Below, in pieces: positions 50,219 to 60,700 of a stretch of DNA of 64,000 nt. Source of the DNA: an uncultured Planctomycetaceae bacterium (GTDB lineage: Bacteria > Planctomycetota > Planctomycetia > Isosphaerales > Isosphaeraceae); contig CAWIAD010000001.1 in assembly GCA_963833985.1 (NCBI GenBank), positions 1,312,001 through 1,376,000 of the forward strand, read 5' to 3'. Under the pieces are notes generated by a model. That model was not told the DNA's origin, made no database searches, and saw only the letters and a program-made list of their open reading frames with translations. Both the position numbers and the translations under genes were made by a program. The stretch's first letter is position 1, and each line of letters begins with the position of its first letter.

Positions 50219-52306
50219 GTGGACCTCCTCCAGCAACTGGTGGATTCATCCGACTTCCCCCCACGCTGGCTCTCCGGCCGCTGGACCGTCGCTCACGTGG
50301 GGCTTGATGTTGTCTCGGACCTGGCCATCTGGGCGGCTTACCTGGTCAGCTCGTGCATCCTGGCCCGCTGCCTGGTGCGACGACGACCCACGCGGTTACG
50401 TGCGGGACCTGCGCTCTTCGCGGCATTCTTTCTCGTCTGCGGTACGATGCACCTGATGGGAGCGGTCTCCTTCTGGTGGCCTGCGTACCGGCTCGCGGGG
50501 CTGATCAAGCTGGTTGCCGCACTGATTTCCTGGGCCACCGTGGTTTACCTGATCGCCAGGCTGCCGCGGCTCCTGATGTGCTGTACTTGCGAGGAGCTCG
50601 AGGCGGAGCTCGCGGCAAGGCAACAGGCCGATGCGGCCCTCCGGCGGACCAACGCACTCCTGGAGCAGCGGATCGATGAGCGGGCGGGGGAAGCACTTCA
50701 TGCGGGTTGCCAGGTTCGTGCCGAGCGCCTGCTTCTCAAAACGACACTCGAAAGCATTGCCGATGCGGTCATCATCACGGACGGACGCGGACGCGTGGTC
50801 TCTGTCAATGGGATCGCGGAGGAGCTGACGGGTTGGTCCCAGGATGAGGCGCAGGGGCAGCCGCTGGAAGAAATCGTCTGCCTCCTGGACGAGCAGACGG
50901 GCCAGCCGATGCGCGGTCTGGCTCACAGGGTGCCGGGCGATGGCATCATGCTGCGGATGACGCTGCAAGTCTTGCTCAGGAGCAAGTCGGGAACACTCTG
51001 TCCCATCGACCTCAGTGTGGCACCCATCCGGGACGACGCGGCGAGCGCCTTGGGCGTGGTCCTGGTCCTGAGCGAGGTGAGTGAGCGGATGCGCCGGGAA
51101 GTGCAGTTGAAGGAGAAGGTCCGCGAGCTCGAGACGCTCATGAACGTCGTCCCCGTGGGCATCGTCATGAGCCACGACCCGAATTGCCGCACGATCACGG
51201 GGAACAGGGCGGTCTACGAACTGCTGCGGATGCCGCACGACGAGCCATTGTCATTCTTTCCCGCGGGCAATGAGCCTCCATTCCGGGTGCTCCGCAACGG
51301 CCGTGAGCTGCTGCCCCATGAGCTCACCATCCAGGTCGCGGCCGCGACGGGCATGGAAACCAGCAGCGAAGAGCAGGAGGTCGTCTTTCCGGATGGCACT
51401 GTGAAGCACGTGGCTTGCCACGCCGCGCCTCTTTTCGATGTTCTTGGCCGCGTACGAGGGAGTGTCGCGGCCCTGATGGACATCTCGGAGCGGAAGCGGG
51501 CCGAGGTCCGAAGCAAGGAGGCTGATCGCCGCAAGGACGAATTCCTGGCGATGCTTGCTCACGAGCTGCGTAATCCACTGGCCTCGATCAGCAATTGCGT
51601 ACAGTACCTGGAGATGGTTCGGTCGCCTTCCCCGGAGCACGAATGGAGCCGCGACATCATCGCCCGGCAGGTCCGGCAGCTCACGCGATTGATCGACGAC
51701 TTGCTGGACGTCGCGCGCATCACCCGCGGCAAGATCGCTCTGAAGAAGGAGCGCGTCGATGCCGCGGTGATCATCCGGCAGGCGACCGAGTCGGCCCGGC
51801 CGCTGGTGACGGAACGAAATCACCAGCTCCGGATCACCATCGAACCGCAGACGATGGTCGTCCTGGCCGACCCCGTCCGCCTCGAGCAGGTCCTGGTGAA
51901 CTTGCTCACGAACGCCGCGAAGTTCACGCCGTCCGGCGGCCACATCTGGCTGACAGCAACCAACGGCGGTCCTACGGTGGACATCTCGGTTCGCGATGAT
52001 GGCATCGGCATCGCACCCGAGACGCTGCCTCTGATGTTCGAGCCGTTCGTTCAGGGCGATCAGAGCTATTCCCGATCCGAGGGAGGGCTGGGAATCGGCC
52101 TGACCCTTGCCAGGTGCCTGGTCGAGATGCACGGCGGGTCGATCGACGCTCGGAGCGCAGGGACCGGCCATGGCAGCGAGTTCATCATCCACTTTCCCAT
52201 CGCGCCCAGACCGCAGCGCAGCAACGGGTCGCCGGCGAGATGCCGCAGCCAGCCCGCAGCCTCCTACCGTCTGCTGATCGAGGACGACGAGCCGGCCCGG
52301 AACTGA
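50219..52306 (+). CDS. Sensor histidine kinase: ETR1-like 3-TM sensor + 2 PAS + HisKA + HATPase; receiver appears truncated
   Basis: SDLAIWAAY...FAAFFLVCGTMH...IKLVAALIS; KDEFLAMLAHELRNPL, NLLTNAAKFT, DDGIGI, GLGIGL; ends RLLIEDDEPARN*. Confidence 0.88.
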   Translation: MDLLQQLVDSSDFPPRWLSGRWTVAHVGLDVVSDLAIWAAYLVSSCILARCLVRRRPTRLRAGPALFAAFFLVCGTMHLMGAVSFWWPAYRLAGLIKLVAALISWATVVYLIARLPRLLMCCTCEELEAELAARQQADAALRRTNALLEQRIDERAGEALHAGCQVRAERLLLKTTLESIADAVIITDGRGRVVSVNGIAEELTGWSQDEAQGQPLEEIVCLLDEQTGQPMRGLAHRVPGDGIMLRMTLQVLLRSKSGTLCPIDLSVAPIRDDAASALGVVLVLSEVSERMRREVQLKEKVRELETLMNVVPVGIVMSHDPNCRTITGNRAVYELLRMPHDEPLSFFPAGNEPPFRVLRNGRELLPHELTIQVAAATGMETSSEEQEVVFPDGTVKHVACHAAPLFDVLGRVRGSVAALMDISERKRAEVRSKEADRRKDEFLAMLAHELRNPLASISNCVQYLEMVRSPSPEHEWSRDIIARQVRQLTRLIDDLLDVARITRGKIALKKERVDAAVIIRQATESARPLVTERNHQLRITIEPQTMVVLADPVRLEQVLVNLLTNAAKFTPSGGHIWLTATNGGPTVDISVRDDGIGIAPETLPLMFEPFVQGDQSYSRSEGGLGIGLTLARCLVEMHGGSIDARSAGTGHGSEFIIHFPIAPRPQRSNGSPARCRSQPAASYRLLIEDDEPARN

Positions 52307-52570
52307 GCACGTGCGGCTGTCCAGCAACGATTCGCCCGCCTGGATGAGAACACGGAGCAGACGTGTGCTGCGGCTGCCCCCGGACTCGACTTCGAGCCGG
52401 CACGGCTTCCAGCGCGCCGACGTCGGCGTATGCGGTCCCGGCCGGCTGCTTGCTGCCACGGGCGCAGTGGAGGGGGCGGGACGCCAATTGAACTCTTTAT
52501 CGCTGGTGTCATGGGCTCAGACGTCGAATTACGGCGCTTTCTCGACACTTCGGCGGATGGGAAATGACCG

Positions 52571-52667
52571 TACGAACGCCCCCGCTCACCTGCCGCAGCG
52601 ACTGGCGAGAAGTTGAACCTCGAAGAACCGTGATACCGCCGCGGACAGTTGCAACGGCTGGTTCGGC
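52571..52667 (-). mobile_element. Integron attC recombination site
   Basis: Minus strand: R'' GCCGAAC, 5 nt, L'' GTTGCAAC ... L' GGTGAGC, 6 nt, R' GTTCGTA; 97 bp, 48 bp after the hydrolase stop. Confidence 0.7.
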
Positions 52668-52715
52668 CTGTCTGCCAGGAGCCGCAGCAGCAACGCCCTG
52701 GCTTTCGGTTTTGCT

Positions 52716-53561
52716 TTACGGCTTTGCATCGAAAAAGTCGTTCACCATCGGGACGATGACGGCCGTGCGCGCCATCAGCGTGACGTGCGTTGTGTCGGGC
52801 AATATGGCGAGCCGGGACCGAGATCGCGGCTGCATGTCGCCGTGAATCTCGCCGCCCTTCAGGCGGAACATCTCCGCGACGTGCTCGAGCCGCACGCCGT
52901 CGGCGTCGCCGTGAATAAAGAACATCGGCGCCGTAGTGGCCTTGAGCTTGTCGGCGCCGAAGTCATGCCCTTTCGATGCCGTGGCGAGAACCCGCTTGAT
53001 GAACTTCGGAAACTCGTCCGGCGTCGGGCTCAGCCTCTTGTACTCCGCTTCGATGGGCGAGCCTTTGAAGGCGTCCGCCGTGAGTTTCGGGATCGCGTCG
53101 AGCGCTTCCTTGACCATGCCGTCACGGCGGAATGTGGACGAAATGACGACCACCTTTCTCACTTTGTCCGGATGGCGGATCGCACACTGCATCGCGACGC
53201 CGCCACCCATGCTGTATCCGATGAGGTCCGCGCTTGGGATCTTGAGGTAATCGAGCAGCGCAGCAACATCGTCGGCGAGGTGTTCGGAACTGAATTCGCG
53301 ATCGATGTCGGCGGTGCGCCCGTGCCCCTGCATTTCGATGGCAATCACTTTCCGCGTCTTCGAGAGCTCGCCGATCCAGCCGGTCCAGTTGTTGGTGATG
53401 GTCATGAACGCGCCGTGGAGCAGCACCACTGGTTCGCCGCTGCCGTGGACTTCGTAGTACATTTTGACTCCGTTGACTGGCGCGTAGCCCGTCGTTGGCT
53501 TCTGCTGCGCCGATACGACAGCCGGCACGAGCATCGTCAGGAGAAAAGCTGTTGTTTTCAT
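52716..53561 (-). CDS. Secreted alpha/beta hydrolase
   Basis: Signal peptide, LLHGAF, GYSMGG nucleophile elbow, IHGDAD, TTH. Confidence 0.92.
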   Translation of the reverse strand: MKTTAFLLTMLVPAVVSAQQKPTTGYAPVNGVKMYYEVHGSGEPVVLLHGAFMTITNNWTGWIGELSKTRKVIAIEMQGHGRTADIDREFSSEHLADDVAALLDYLKIPSADLIGYSMGGGVAMQCAIRHPDKVRKVVVISSTFRRDGMVKEALDAIPKLTADAFKGSPIEAEYKRLSPTPDEFPKFIKRVLATASKGHDFGADKLKATTAPMFFIHGDADGVRLEHVAEMFRLKGGEIHGDMQPRSRSRLAILPDTTHVTLMARTAVIVPMVNDFFDAKP

Positions 53562-53655
53562 GCTTCCGATCTCCAGATTCCGGTTAGGACGAAAGGCTGA
53601 ATCCTTGCGAATCCAGCGACAATAGGGTCAACGGCGCAGAACGCCAATCACGTTT

Positions 53656-54147
53656 TCACGCCTCAGCCAGCAGTCCGTCGAGCAGCTTGTAGCTCATCTC
53701 CATGCCGTCTGTCATGCCGGTTGCGAACGCCGCATCGCGGTCGGCCTTCGAGGCGTATCTGATCGTGGTCGTCATGTTTGTGATGCCGTTGGTCTCCTGG
53801 AAGGTGACGGTGATGATCGACGGCTCGCTCCCCATGGAAAAGCCAAGGTCTCCGGCATCGTAGATTTGCGTATGCACGATTTTCGCGTGCGGAGTGACCT
53901 CCAGGACCTCTCCAGTGAATCCGAACTCCTGGCCGTTCTCGTCGCTGCGCCAGCGCCAGCGATACTTTCCGCCGACGCGCATATCCATCTCGCAGACAGG
54001 CATCGACCAACCTGGGAGGCCCGAGCACCAACGACGCATCAGGTCCGGTTCCATGTAGGCGCGCCACACCAGTTTGACGGGTGCATCGAAGCTGCGCTTC
54101 ACCAACACTTCTGTATCTGACGGCAGACTTGCTTCCGCGGGTTTCAT
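53656..54147 (-). CDS. SRPBCC (AHSA1-like) domain protein
   Basis: RSFDAPVKLVWRA, CEMDMRVGGKYR, GMTDGMEMSY. Confidence 0.9.
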   Translation of the reverse strand: MKPAEASLPSDTEVLVKRSFDAPVKLVWRAYMEPDLMRRWCSGLPGWSMPVCEMDMRVGGKYRWRWRSDENGQEFGFTGEVLEVTPHAKIVHTQIYDAGDLGFSMGSEPSIITVTFQETNGITNMTTTIRYASKADRDAAFATGMTDGMEMSYKLLDGLLAEA

Positions 54148-54485
54148 TTCTTTGGCTCCTGTTTCTCGGCTTGCTTCAACTCAGTAAGTAACGCATCGAG
54201 CCGCTTGTAGTTGCCTTCCCAGATCTCCTGCACCTGTTCCAGCCAGTCGGTGACCGACTTCAGTCGCTCCGGCACCAGCTTGCAGGGCCGCAACTGCGCC
54301 ACTTTGCGACGCGAAATCAGCCCCGCAGATTCCAGCACCTTCAAGTGCGAGGAGATCGTGGGCTGTGTCAGCGAGAAGTGGCCCACCAATTCGGACACCG
54401 ATGCCTCACCGCGGGCCAGATGCACGACGATTCCGCGTCGGGTGGGATCAGCAAGAGCAGCAAAGGCTTGGTCCAGCTGGTTCAT
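54144..54485 (-). CDS. ArsR/SmtB family transcriptional regulator
   Basis: FAALADPTRR, ISSHLKVLESAGLISR; ATGA overlap with the SRPBCC gene. Confidence 0.93.
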   Translation of the reverse strand: MNQLDQAFAALADPTRRGIVVHLARGEASVSELVGHFSLTQPTISSHLKVLESAGLISRRKVAQLRPCKLVPERLKSVTDWLEQVQEIWEGNYKRLDALLTELKQAEKQEPKK

Positions 54486-54489
54486 TTAA

Positions 54490-54524
54490 ATAGATTACCG
54501 TCTATATTGATGGCTGTCAATATA
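54490..54524 (-). promoter_or_regulatory. Leaderless sigma70 promoter with palindromic ArsR operator
   Basis: TTGACA (54520-54515), 17 nt, TAATCT (54497-54492), 6 nt, ATG; palindromes TATATTGA-N6-TCAATATA (54503-54524) and ATAGA-N6-TCTAT (54490-54505). Confidence 0.75.
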
Positions 54525-54561
54525 ACGGTGACTATTTTTCGTAACTGCTGAGAAGCGACCG

Positions 54562-54717
54562 CTGAGGCATTCCTTCGCCACGCACTTGCTGGAAAATGGC
54601 TATGACATACGCACTGTGCAGGAGTTGCTCGGCCACAAGAATGTCGAGACGACCATGATTGACACGCACGTGATGAGCAAGCCGGGCCTGGGCGTGCGCA
54701 GCCCTCTCGAAAGATGA
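54562..54717 (+). pseudogene. intI: Integron integrase C-terminal remnant
   Basis: [51 protein letters not shown]; the tail is typical of IntI; catalytic Tyr codon reads GAC; N-terminal part absent. Confidence 0.8.
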
Positions 54718-54907
54718 ATGCAACTGAGCGGCTTATGGACTGAACGTCGAAACGGAGGACGGGATTCGAACCGCAGATAGTCTGAGAGCGAAAGCAACTG
54801 GGTCAACTCATGCGGAATAGTCGAGCATCCCGCCGTGAGCATTGAACGCGATTCAGACGTAGAAAGCCCTTCGACGTGCTCGTCCAAGGGAGGTTTCTAA
54901 AAACAAG

Positions 54908-54995
54908 CGGAGGGGGTGGGATTCGAACCCACGGACAGGCGGAACCTGTCAACGGTTTTCAAGACCGTCCCGATCAACCACTCTGGCACCCCTCC
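54908..54995 (-). tRNA. tRNA-Ser(TGA)
   Basis: GGAGGGG acceptor, ACGGT-CT-TGA-AA-ACCGT anticodon arm, long variable arm; 88 nt. Confidence 0.95.
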
Positions 54996-55079
54996 GGATT
55001 GCACTTGCAGGCAAGAGGACGCGAGCTGCGGAATGGGAGCAGGTCGTCGCGCAGATCCGCCGGACGCTGGGCGGTCCGT

Positions 55080-55475
55080 TCACGTGCCAACCTCGTCAAT
55101 GATATCCTCGGCCACGTAGATCGGCACATCCACGGTCACGGCCAGGGCGATGGCGTCACTGGGCCGGGAGTCGACCTCGATCAGCTCGCCGTCGTGGCGG
55201 ATCCGCAGCTTGGCAAAGTAGGTATGCTCGCGCAGCTCGTTGATGTAAATGTCCTGAAGCTCGCCGCCCAGCAGCTCCACGGTATTCGCCAGCAGGTCAT
55301 GCGTGAGCGGGCGCTGGGTCGGTTGGTTCTTGACTCGCCGGTCGATGCTCGACGCCTCGAAGATGCCGATCACGATCGGGAACATTCGATCGCCTTCCAC
55401 TTCCCGCAGGAAGATGATGTGCTGATCGCTGTTCTCATTGATGATGATCCGCGTGAGCTCCATCTGGACCGGCAC
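55080..55475 (-). CDS. Bifunctional nuclease family protein (DUF151)
   Basis: FPIVIGIFEA, RPLTHDL, VDSRPSDAIALA. Confidence 0.93.
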   Translation of the reverse strand: MPVQMELTRIIINENSDQHIIFLREVEGDRMFPIVIGIFEASSIDRRVKNQPTQRPLTHDLLANTVELLGGELQDIYINELREHTYFAKLRIRHDGELIEVDSRPSDAIALAVTVDVPIYVAEDIIDEVGT

Positions 55476-56023
55476 GGCGTGATACCTCGCTGATCAGGCG
55501 CGCGACCATCGGTCGCCTCCGGAACGTAACACCACGATCATAAAGGGGCTGCGCCGCGCCGTCAACGCGAGGAAGAGGGCCGGGCTGGCGCGACCTCGCG
55601 GCCCGCCATGTGGACGCCTCCGCACACCGGGAGGTTCGCACCGATCCGGAGCGGCCTCGGCTTCAATGGGGAACTCCGCGGCCCGATCCCGGAATCGTCA
55701 CGGGCCTCTGGCCGCAGCGCCGGAGTGGCGGGCGAGTCCCGAGCCGGCAGGTCCGGTGCCGCGCTGCTGGACCCGGGCGACAAGGCATTCTGGCGGCAGA
55801 CCTTTTGCTACGATGCGCAGAACCGCCAGGTCCGTCCACTCGGCAGAGCGAGATTCTTTTGCCGCGTGCGACTGCGGACGCTACGCTTTCGCCGTCTCGT
55901 GCCCGACATGGTGAGCCGGGTGGCATTGCAAGCCAGGGAAGCCCGGACATGTCCGGGGACAGGCCCGGTTCACGTCGTGTGCGCGTCGTCGGCGCCCACT
56001 CTCCTGTGTCCTGGAGGCCTGAA

Positions 56024-56344
56024 ATGCAAGCGACCGTTGTGATGCTGATCGCCCTCAGCGGGCTGGGCTGCCACCACAAGTGCTGCGAGGCGAACCAGGT
56101 TGTGCCGCAAGTTTGCCCTGCGGTCTGCACCCAGAGACTGTTCGCCGTCGATTACATGACTATGGTCGAGCCCTCTTGCTACAGCCCCTGCATCGGTCCC
56201 TACTGCGGGGGTGCCAACTGCTGCGGCGGGACGGGCATGACCCGGGACGGCTACGGACCCGCGAGCGGCGGTTACGTGGGCTGCTATGCCGGTGGCGCGA
56301 TCGGCTGCGGATGCACGCGCTTTCCGCCGCACGGCAGTCCGTGA
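56024..56344 (+). CDS. Small Cys/Gly-rich secreted or lipoprotein-like protein
   Basis: GGAGG RBS, MQATVVMLIALSGLGC N-terminus, many Cys in 106 aa. Confidence 0.6.
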   Translation: MQATVVMLIALSGLGCHHKCCEANQVVPQVCPAVCTQRLFAVDYMTMVEPSCYSPCIGPYCGGANCCGGTGMTRDGYGPASGGYVGCYAGGAIGCGCTRFPPHGSP

Positions 56345-57082
56345 TGCGGGTGATGTGGCCGCTCGCGCCGCCCGCTCGCGCCGCGCGACGGCAAGGGGCG
56401 GTCGGTGAACTAAACAGCTCCCCGTAAAAGGGAAAGTGTGGGACGGCGGCCCTCGGCCGTCCCGAGCCAGCCGAGGGCGGCTGGCCCACATTCCAGGAGG
56501 CGAGGTTCTATCTAGGTTCCGGTCGCGGCGGGGCGATTCCGCGGCGTGCCCGTGCGCGGTGGCTCAAGGGCCGGTCGAGGCGGGGTCGCAATGGGTCCGG
56601 CCGCAAGCGAAGCCATCGGCCGCGTCTGGAAAGCACTCCCCCCGGTCCCGATGCATTGCTCGATGAGTACACGTGCGATCGATGGCGCCTGGTCTTTTCG
56701 GCAAATCACGTACTTGTGCTTTGCTGGCTGACTCATTATTCTGAAACGGAACTATGAAGTTCCCTGCCGGTGAGGGGCTCCTTGCCGGTTATACCGGATT
56801 GGGGCACCCGGTGATCCACTGAGCGGAACGCTATATCGGATTCGTGAACACCATTTGACAGACAGCCGATAGTTTCGACGTACGGTCCGACTCCGCGGCC
56901 ACCGCCGGTACGCCTCTTCAGCGATGTCGCCGTGATGCACGCCTCGCTGTTTCGAGGCTGACGAAGAGGGTCAAAACTCGACCGGGCTGCTCGTGGCGCG
57001 GTCGCTCCGTCAAAACTCAGAGCAGTTGCAACACTGCCTGCTCATCCTCAGGACGATCTGATCAGGGCGCCTCCCCGGAGCC

Positions 57083-57751
57083 GTGGAGAACCTGGCTGTG
57101 CCCCTACTGTTCACCGAGCGTTTTGACTACTGGACGCGCCGCACGATCATCGGCGCCTTGGCCGCGGCCCTGCTGGCTCTGGTGGCTCTGTACTACTACG
57201 CACCCCAGCAATACACCCGTGTGGGTTACGCCCCGGTGCAGCCTGTGCCGTTCTCGCACGCGCAGCATGCCGGGCAACTGGGCCTGTCGTGTCTGTACTG
57301 CCACACCGGCGTGGAAGAGTCTTCCGTGGCCAAGATCCCCGCCACACAGGTCTGCATGAACTGCCACCAGACGATCAAGGCCGAGAGCCCCAAGCTGGCG
57401 CTCGTGCGGTCGAGCTTTGCAACCGGCAACCCCGTGCCCTGGGTGCGCGTGCACAAGACTCCGGATTATGTCTTCTTCAACCACGCCGCTCACGTGAAGC
57501 GCGGGGTGGGTTGCGTGAGCTGCCATGGCAAGATCAACGAGATGGCAGTCGTGGTTCACGACCAGCCTCTGAGCATGGGCTGGTGTCTGGACTGTCATCG
57601 CCAGCCGGAGAACCATCTGCGGCCCGTGTCCGAGGCCACGAACCTGGCCTGGCGGCCCGACGAGGGTAAGAGCCAGCAGGATCTCGGCCTCTTCTTGAAG
57701 GCTCAGTACAGGGTGCAAGCCCCTGACCAGTGTGTAGGGTGCCACCGATGA
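57083..57751 (+). CDS. actA: Alternative complex III pentaheme cytochrome c
   Basis: Five CXXCH motifs, QPVPFSH, N-terminal TM. Confidence 0.92.
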   Translation: MENLAVPLLFTERFDYWTRRTIIGALAAALLALVALYYYAPQQYTRVGYAPVQPVPFSHAQHAGQLGLSCLYCHTGVEESSVAKIPATQVCMNCHQTIKAESPKLALVRSSFATGNPVPWVRVHKTPDYVFFNHAAHVKRGVGCVSCHGKINEMAVVVHDQPLSMGWCLDCHRQPENHLRPVSEATNLAWRPDEGKSQQDLGLFLKAQYRVQAPDQCVGCHR

Positions 57752-60700
57752 CAGAGACAGAGCCGTCCAGCTCGAACCTGGAACCGCTGGCGATCCCCAC
57801 GGGGAAGGCCTACTGGCGCAGCCTGGATCACCTGGCGGACACGCCCCAGTTCCGAGACTGGATCGAGCGGCGGTTTCCCGAGTCGATGAGCGAGCTGCTC
57901 GCCGGCGGAGTGGACCGGCGCCGGTTCCTGCAACTGATGGCGGCCTCGATTGGTCTGGCCGGGCTGGCAGGCTGCCGCCGGCCCGAGATGAAGGCGCTGC
58001 CCTACGCGAAGTCTCCCGAGGAGGTGGTGCCCGGGCTGCCGAATTTCTACGCCACGGCCATGCCCCGGCGCGGTGGGGCGCTGCCCATCCTGGTCGAGAG
58101 CCACGAGGGACGGCCCACCAAGATCGAGGGAAACCCCAGGCATCCCGACAGCGGGGGATCTTCGGATGTGCTGGCGCAGGCCTGGGTCCTGGAGCTCTAC
58201 GATCCGGACCGCGCGGGCCCGGTGCGGCACTTGGGTGAGCCGTCCACCTGGAAGGATTACGACGTCTTCGCCGCGCAGCACTACGCTTCCCTCCGGCAGC
58301 GCAAGGGCAAGGGACTGCGGATCCTCAGTGAGGGACTGAACTCTCCCTCGCTGGACCTGCTTCGAGAGCACCTGCGATCCACCCTGCCAGAGGCAGGATG
58401 GCACGTGTTCGAGCCGGTCTCGACGTCGAACGCACTTGACGGCGCAGCGCTCGCATGCGGATCGCCGGTCCTCCCGCGGTTCCACTTCGACCGGGCCGAG
58501 GTGATCGTCTCTCTGGACTCGGATTTCCTGGGACTCGAGGAGGACGGCACGCGGCACCACCGAGGTTTCTCGCGCGGGCGGCTCGGCGAGGGGCAGGTGC
58601 CGGCGATGAACCGGCTGTACGTGGTGGAGAGCCAGTTCTCGATCACAGGCGGCATGGCCGACCACCGCCTCCGGCTCCCTTCCAGCCATGTACTGGATTA
58701 CACGCTGGCCCTGGCCCGGGCCGTCGCCACGAGCGACCCGGTCGTGCCCGCGCCGGGGAGCCCCCAGGCGCGCCTGCGCACCGCTCTGGAGCAGCGCAGG
58801 CCTTCGGTGCGGCTGGACGAGCGTTGGGTGCGCGAGGTGGCCGCGGACCTGAGGTCACGCCCCGGGAAGACGATCATCGTCGCGGGCCGGCGGCAGCCGC
58901 CTCTCGTGCACGCGCTCGCCCTGGCGCTCAACGACATGCTCGGAAGCCTGGGCAAGACGGTCGAGCTGCACAAGGCCCCGGGCCGTCCCGCCGCCGGGAC
59001 CATCCACGAGCTGGCCGGGGCCATCGATCAGGGCCAGGTGGAAACACTGGTGATACTGGGAGGCAACCCGGCCTACAACGCGCCGGCGGACCTTGCCCTG
59101 GCCGAGCGTCTCAAGCAGGTTCCCACCACCATTCGCCTCGGTCTGCACGCCGATGAGACCTCGCGGCTGGCCACGTGGCATCTCCCCCTGGCGCACGGCC
59201 TGGAGGCGTGGGGTGACGCCCGCGCCGGAAACGGCGCAGTGCTGCCGGTGCAGCCGCTCATCGAGCCGCTCTTCGAGGGGCGCAACATGCTCGAGGAGCT
59301 GGCGCGGCTGACGCAGTACGAGACCAGCTCCCCATACGAGATCGTCCGCCGCGCGTTCCGCAAGGTCAGTGGTACGAAGGACGCCGAGTTCGAGGCCGCG
59401 TGGCGCAGGTGCCTGCACGAGGGAACCAGCACCGCCGGCGCGGAGGCCTCCGTGCGACCCGCCGTCGCGTGGGACTCGGTGGCGCGGGCGGTCGGCGCCG
59501 CCGGACCGGGCACGGGACCGCTCTCGGCGTCGAACCTGGAGCTGGTGCTGGAACGCGACACCAAGGTGGACGACGGGCGGTTCGCCAACAACGGCTGGCT
59601 TCAGGAGCTGCCCCATCCCGTCACGAAGCTCTCCTGGGGAAACGCGGCGCTCTTCAGCCCGCGCACGGCGGAGGAGCTGGGCATCGTGGACGGCGACGTC
59701 GTTCGCCTGGAGCTCGACGGCCGGAGCCTCGAGACCGCGGCCATGATCTTGCCCGGACAGGCGGACCACTCCGTGGGGCTGGCGCTCGGCTACGGGCGTT
59801 CCGGCGCAGGCCATATCGGCCGGGATGTGGGCTCCAACGCGTACGCGCTGCGATCGTCAGGCGCGCCGGATCTCGCGCGGGGACTGAAGGTTTCCGGAAC
59901 CGGCAAGAAAGCCTCGCTGGCATGCAGCCAGGACCACTTCACGATGGAAGGGCGAGACCTGATCCGGGAGCTCACACTGGCCGATCTGATCGGCCCGCAC
60001 GAGACCGGCCACGCTCATGAGCCGGAGCTCCATGACATTCAGACCGTGCCGGTGTCCGCCGGCGAGCATCAGTGGGGGATGGCCATCGATCTGAATACCT
60101 GTACGGGCTGTAATGCCTGTGTGCTCGCCTGCCAGAGCGAGAACAACATTCCGATTGTGGGTCGGGACGAGATCCTCCGGGGGCGTGAGATGCACTGGAT
60201 CCGCATCGACCGCTACTTTGCCGGTGATCTGGAAGAGCCCGAGCTCGTGCATCAGCCGGTCGCCTGCATGCAGTGCGAGAAAGCCCCCTGTGAGGTGGTC
60301 TGCCCGATCAACGCCACGGTGCACGGCGAGGAAGGTCTCAACCTCATGGTTTATAGCCGGTGCATCGGCACCCGCTACTGCGCGAACAACTGCCCGTACA
60401 AGGTGCACCGGTTCAATTACTTCGACTACAACCAGCGGCCGCTGGACCAGTTGTGGTACGGGCCGCTGGCCGAGAAGGGGATGCCCGAGACCCTGAAGAT
60501 GCAGAAGAACCCCGACGTCTCGGTGCGGATGCGGGGTGTGATGGAGAAGTGCACTTACTGCGTGCAGCGGATCGAGCGGGCCCGGATCGGGGTCCATGTG
60601 GCCGCGGGGGGTGCGCCGCCGGGCAAGATCCCGGACGGGACCGTGGTGCCGGCCTGCGCCCAGGCGTGCCCGGCCCAGGCGATCGTCTTCGGCGACATCT

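Noticed and set aside
56350..57080. Promoter or gene upstream of actA
   Set aside because: TTGACA at 56855 has no -10 at canonical spacing, and the short ORFs lack motifs.
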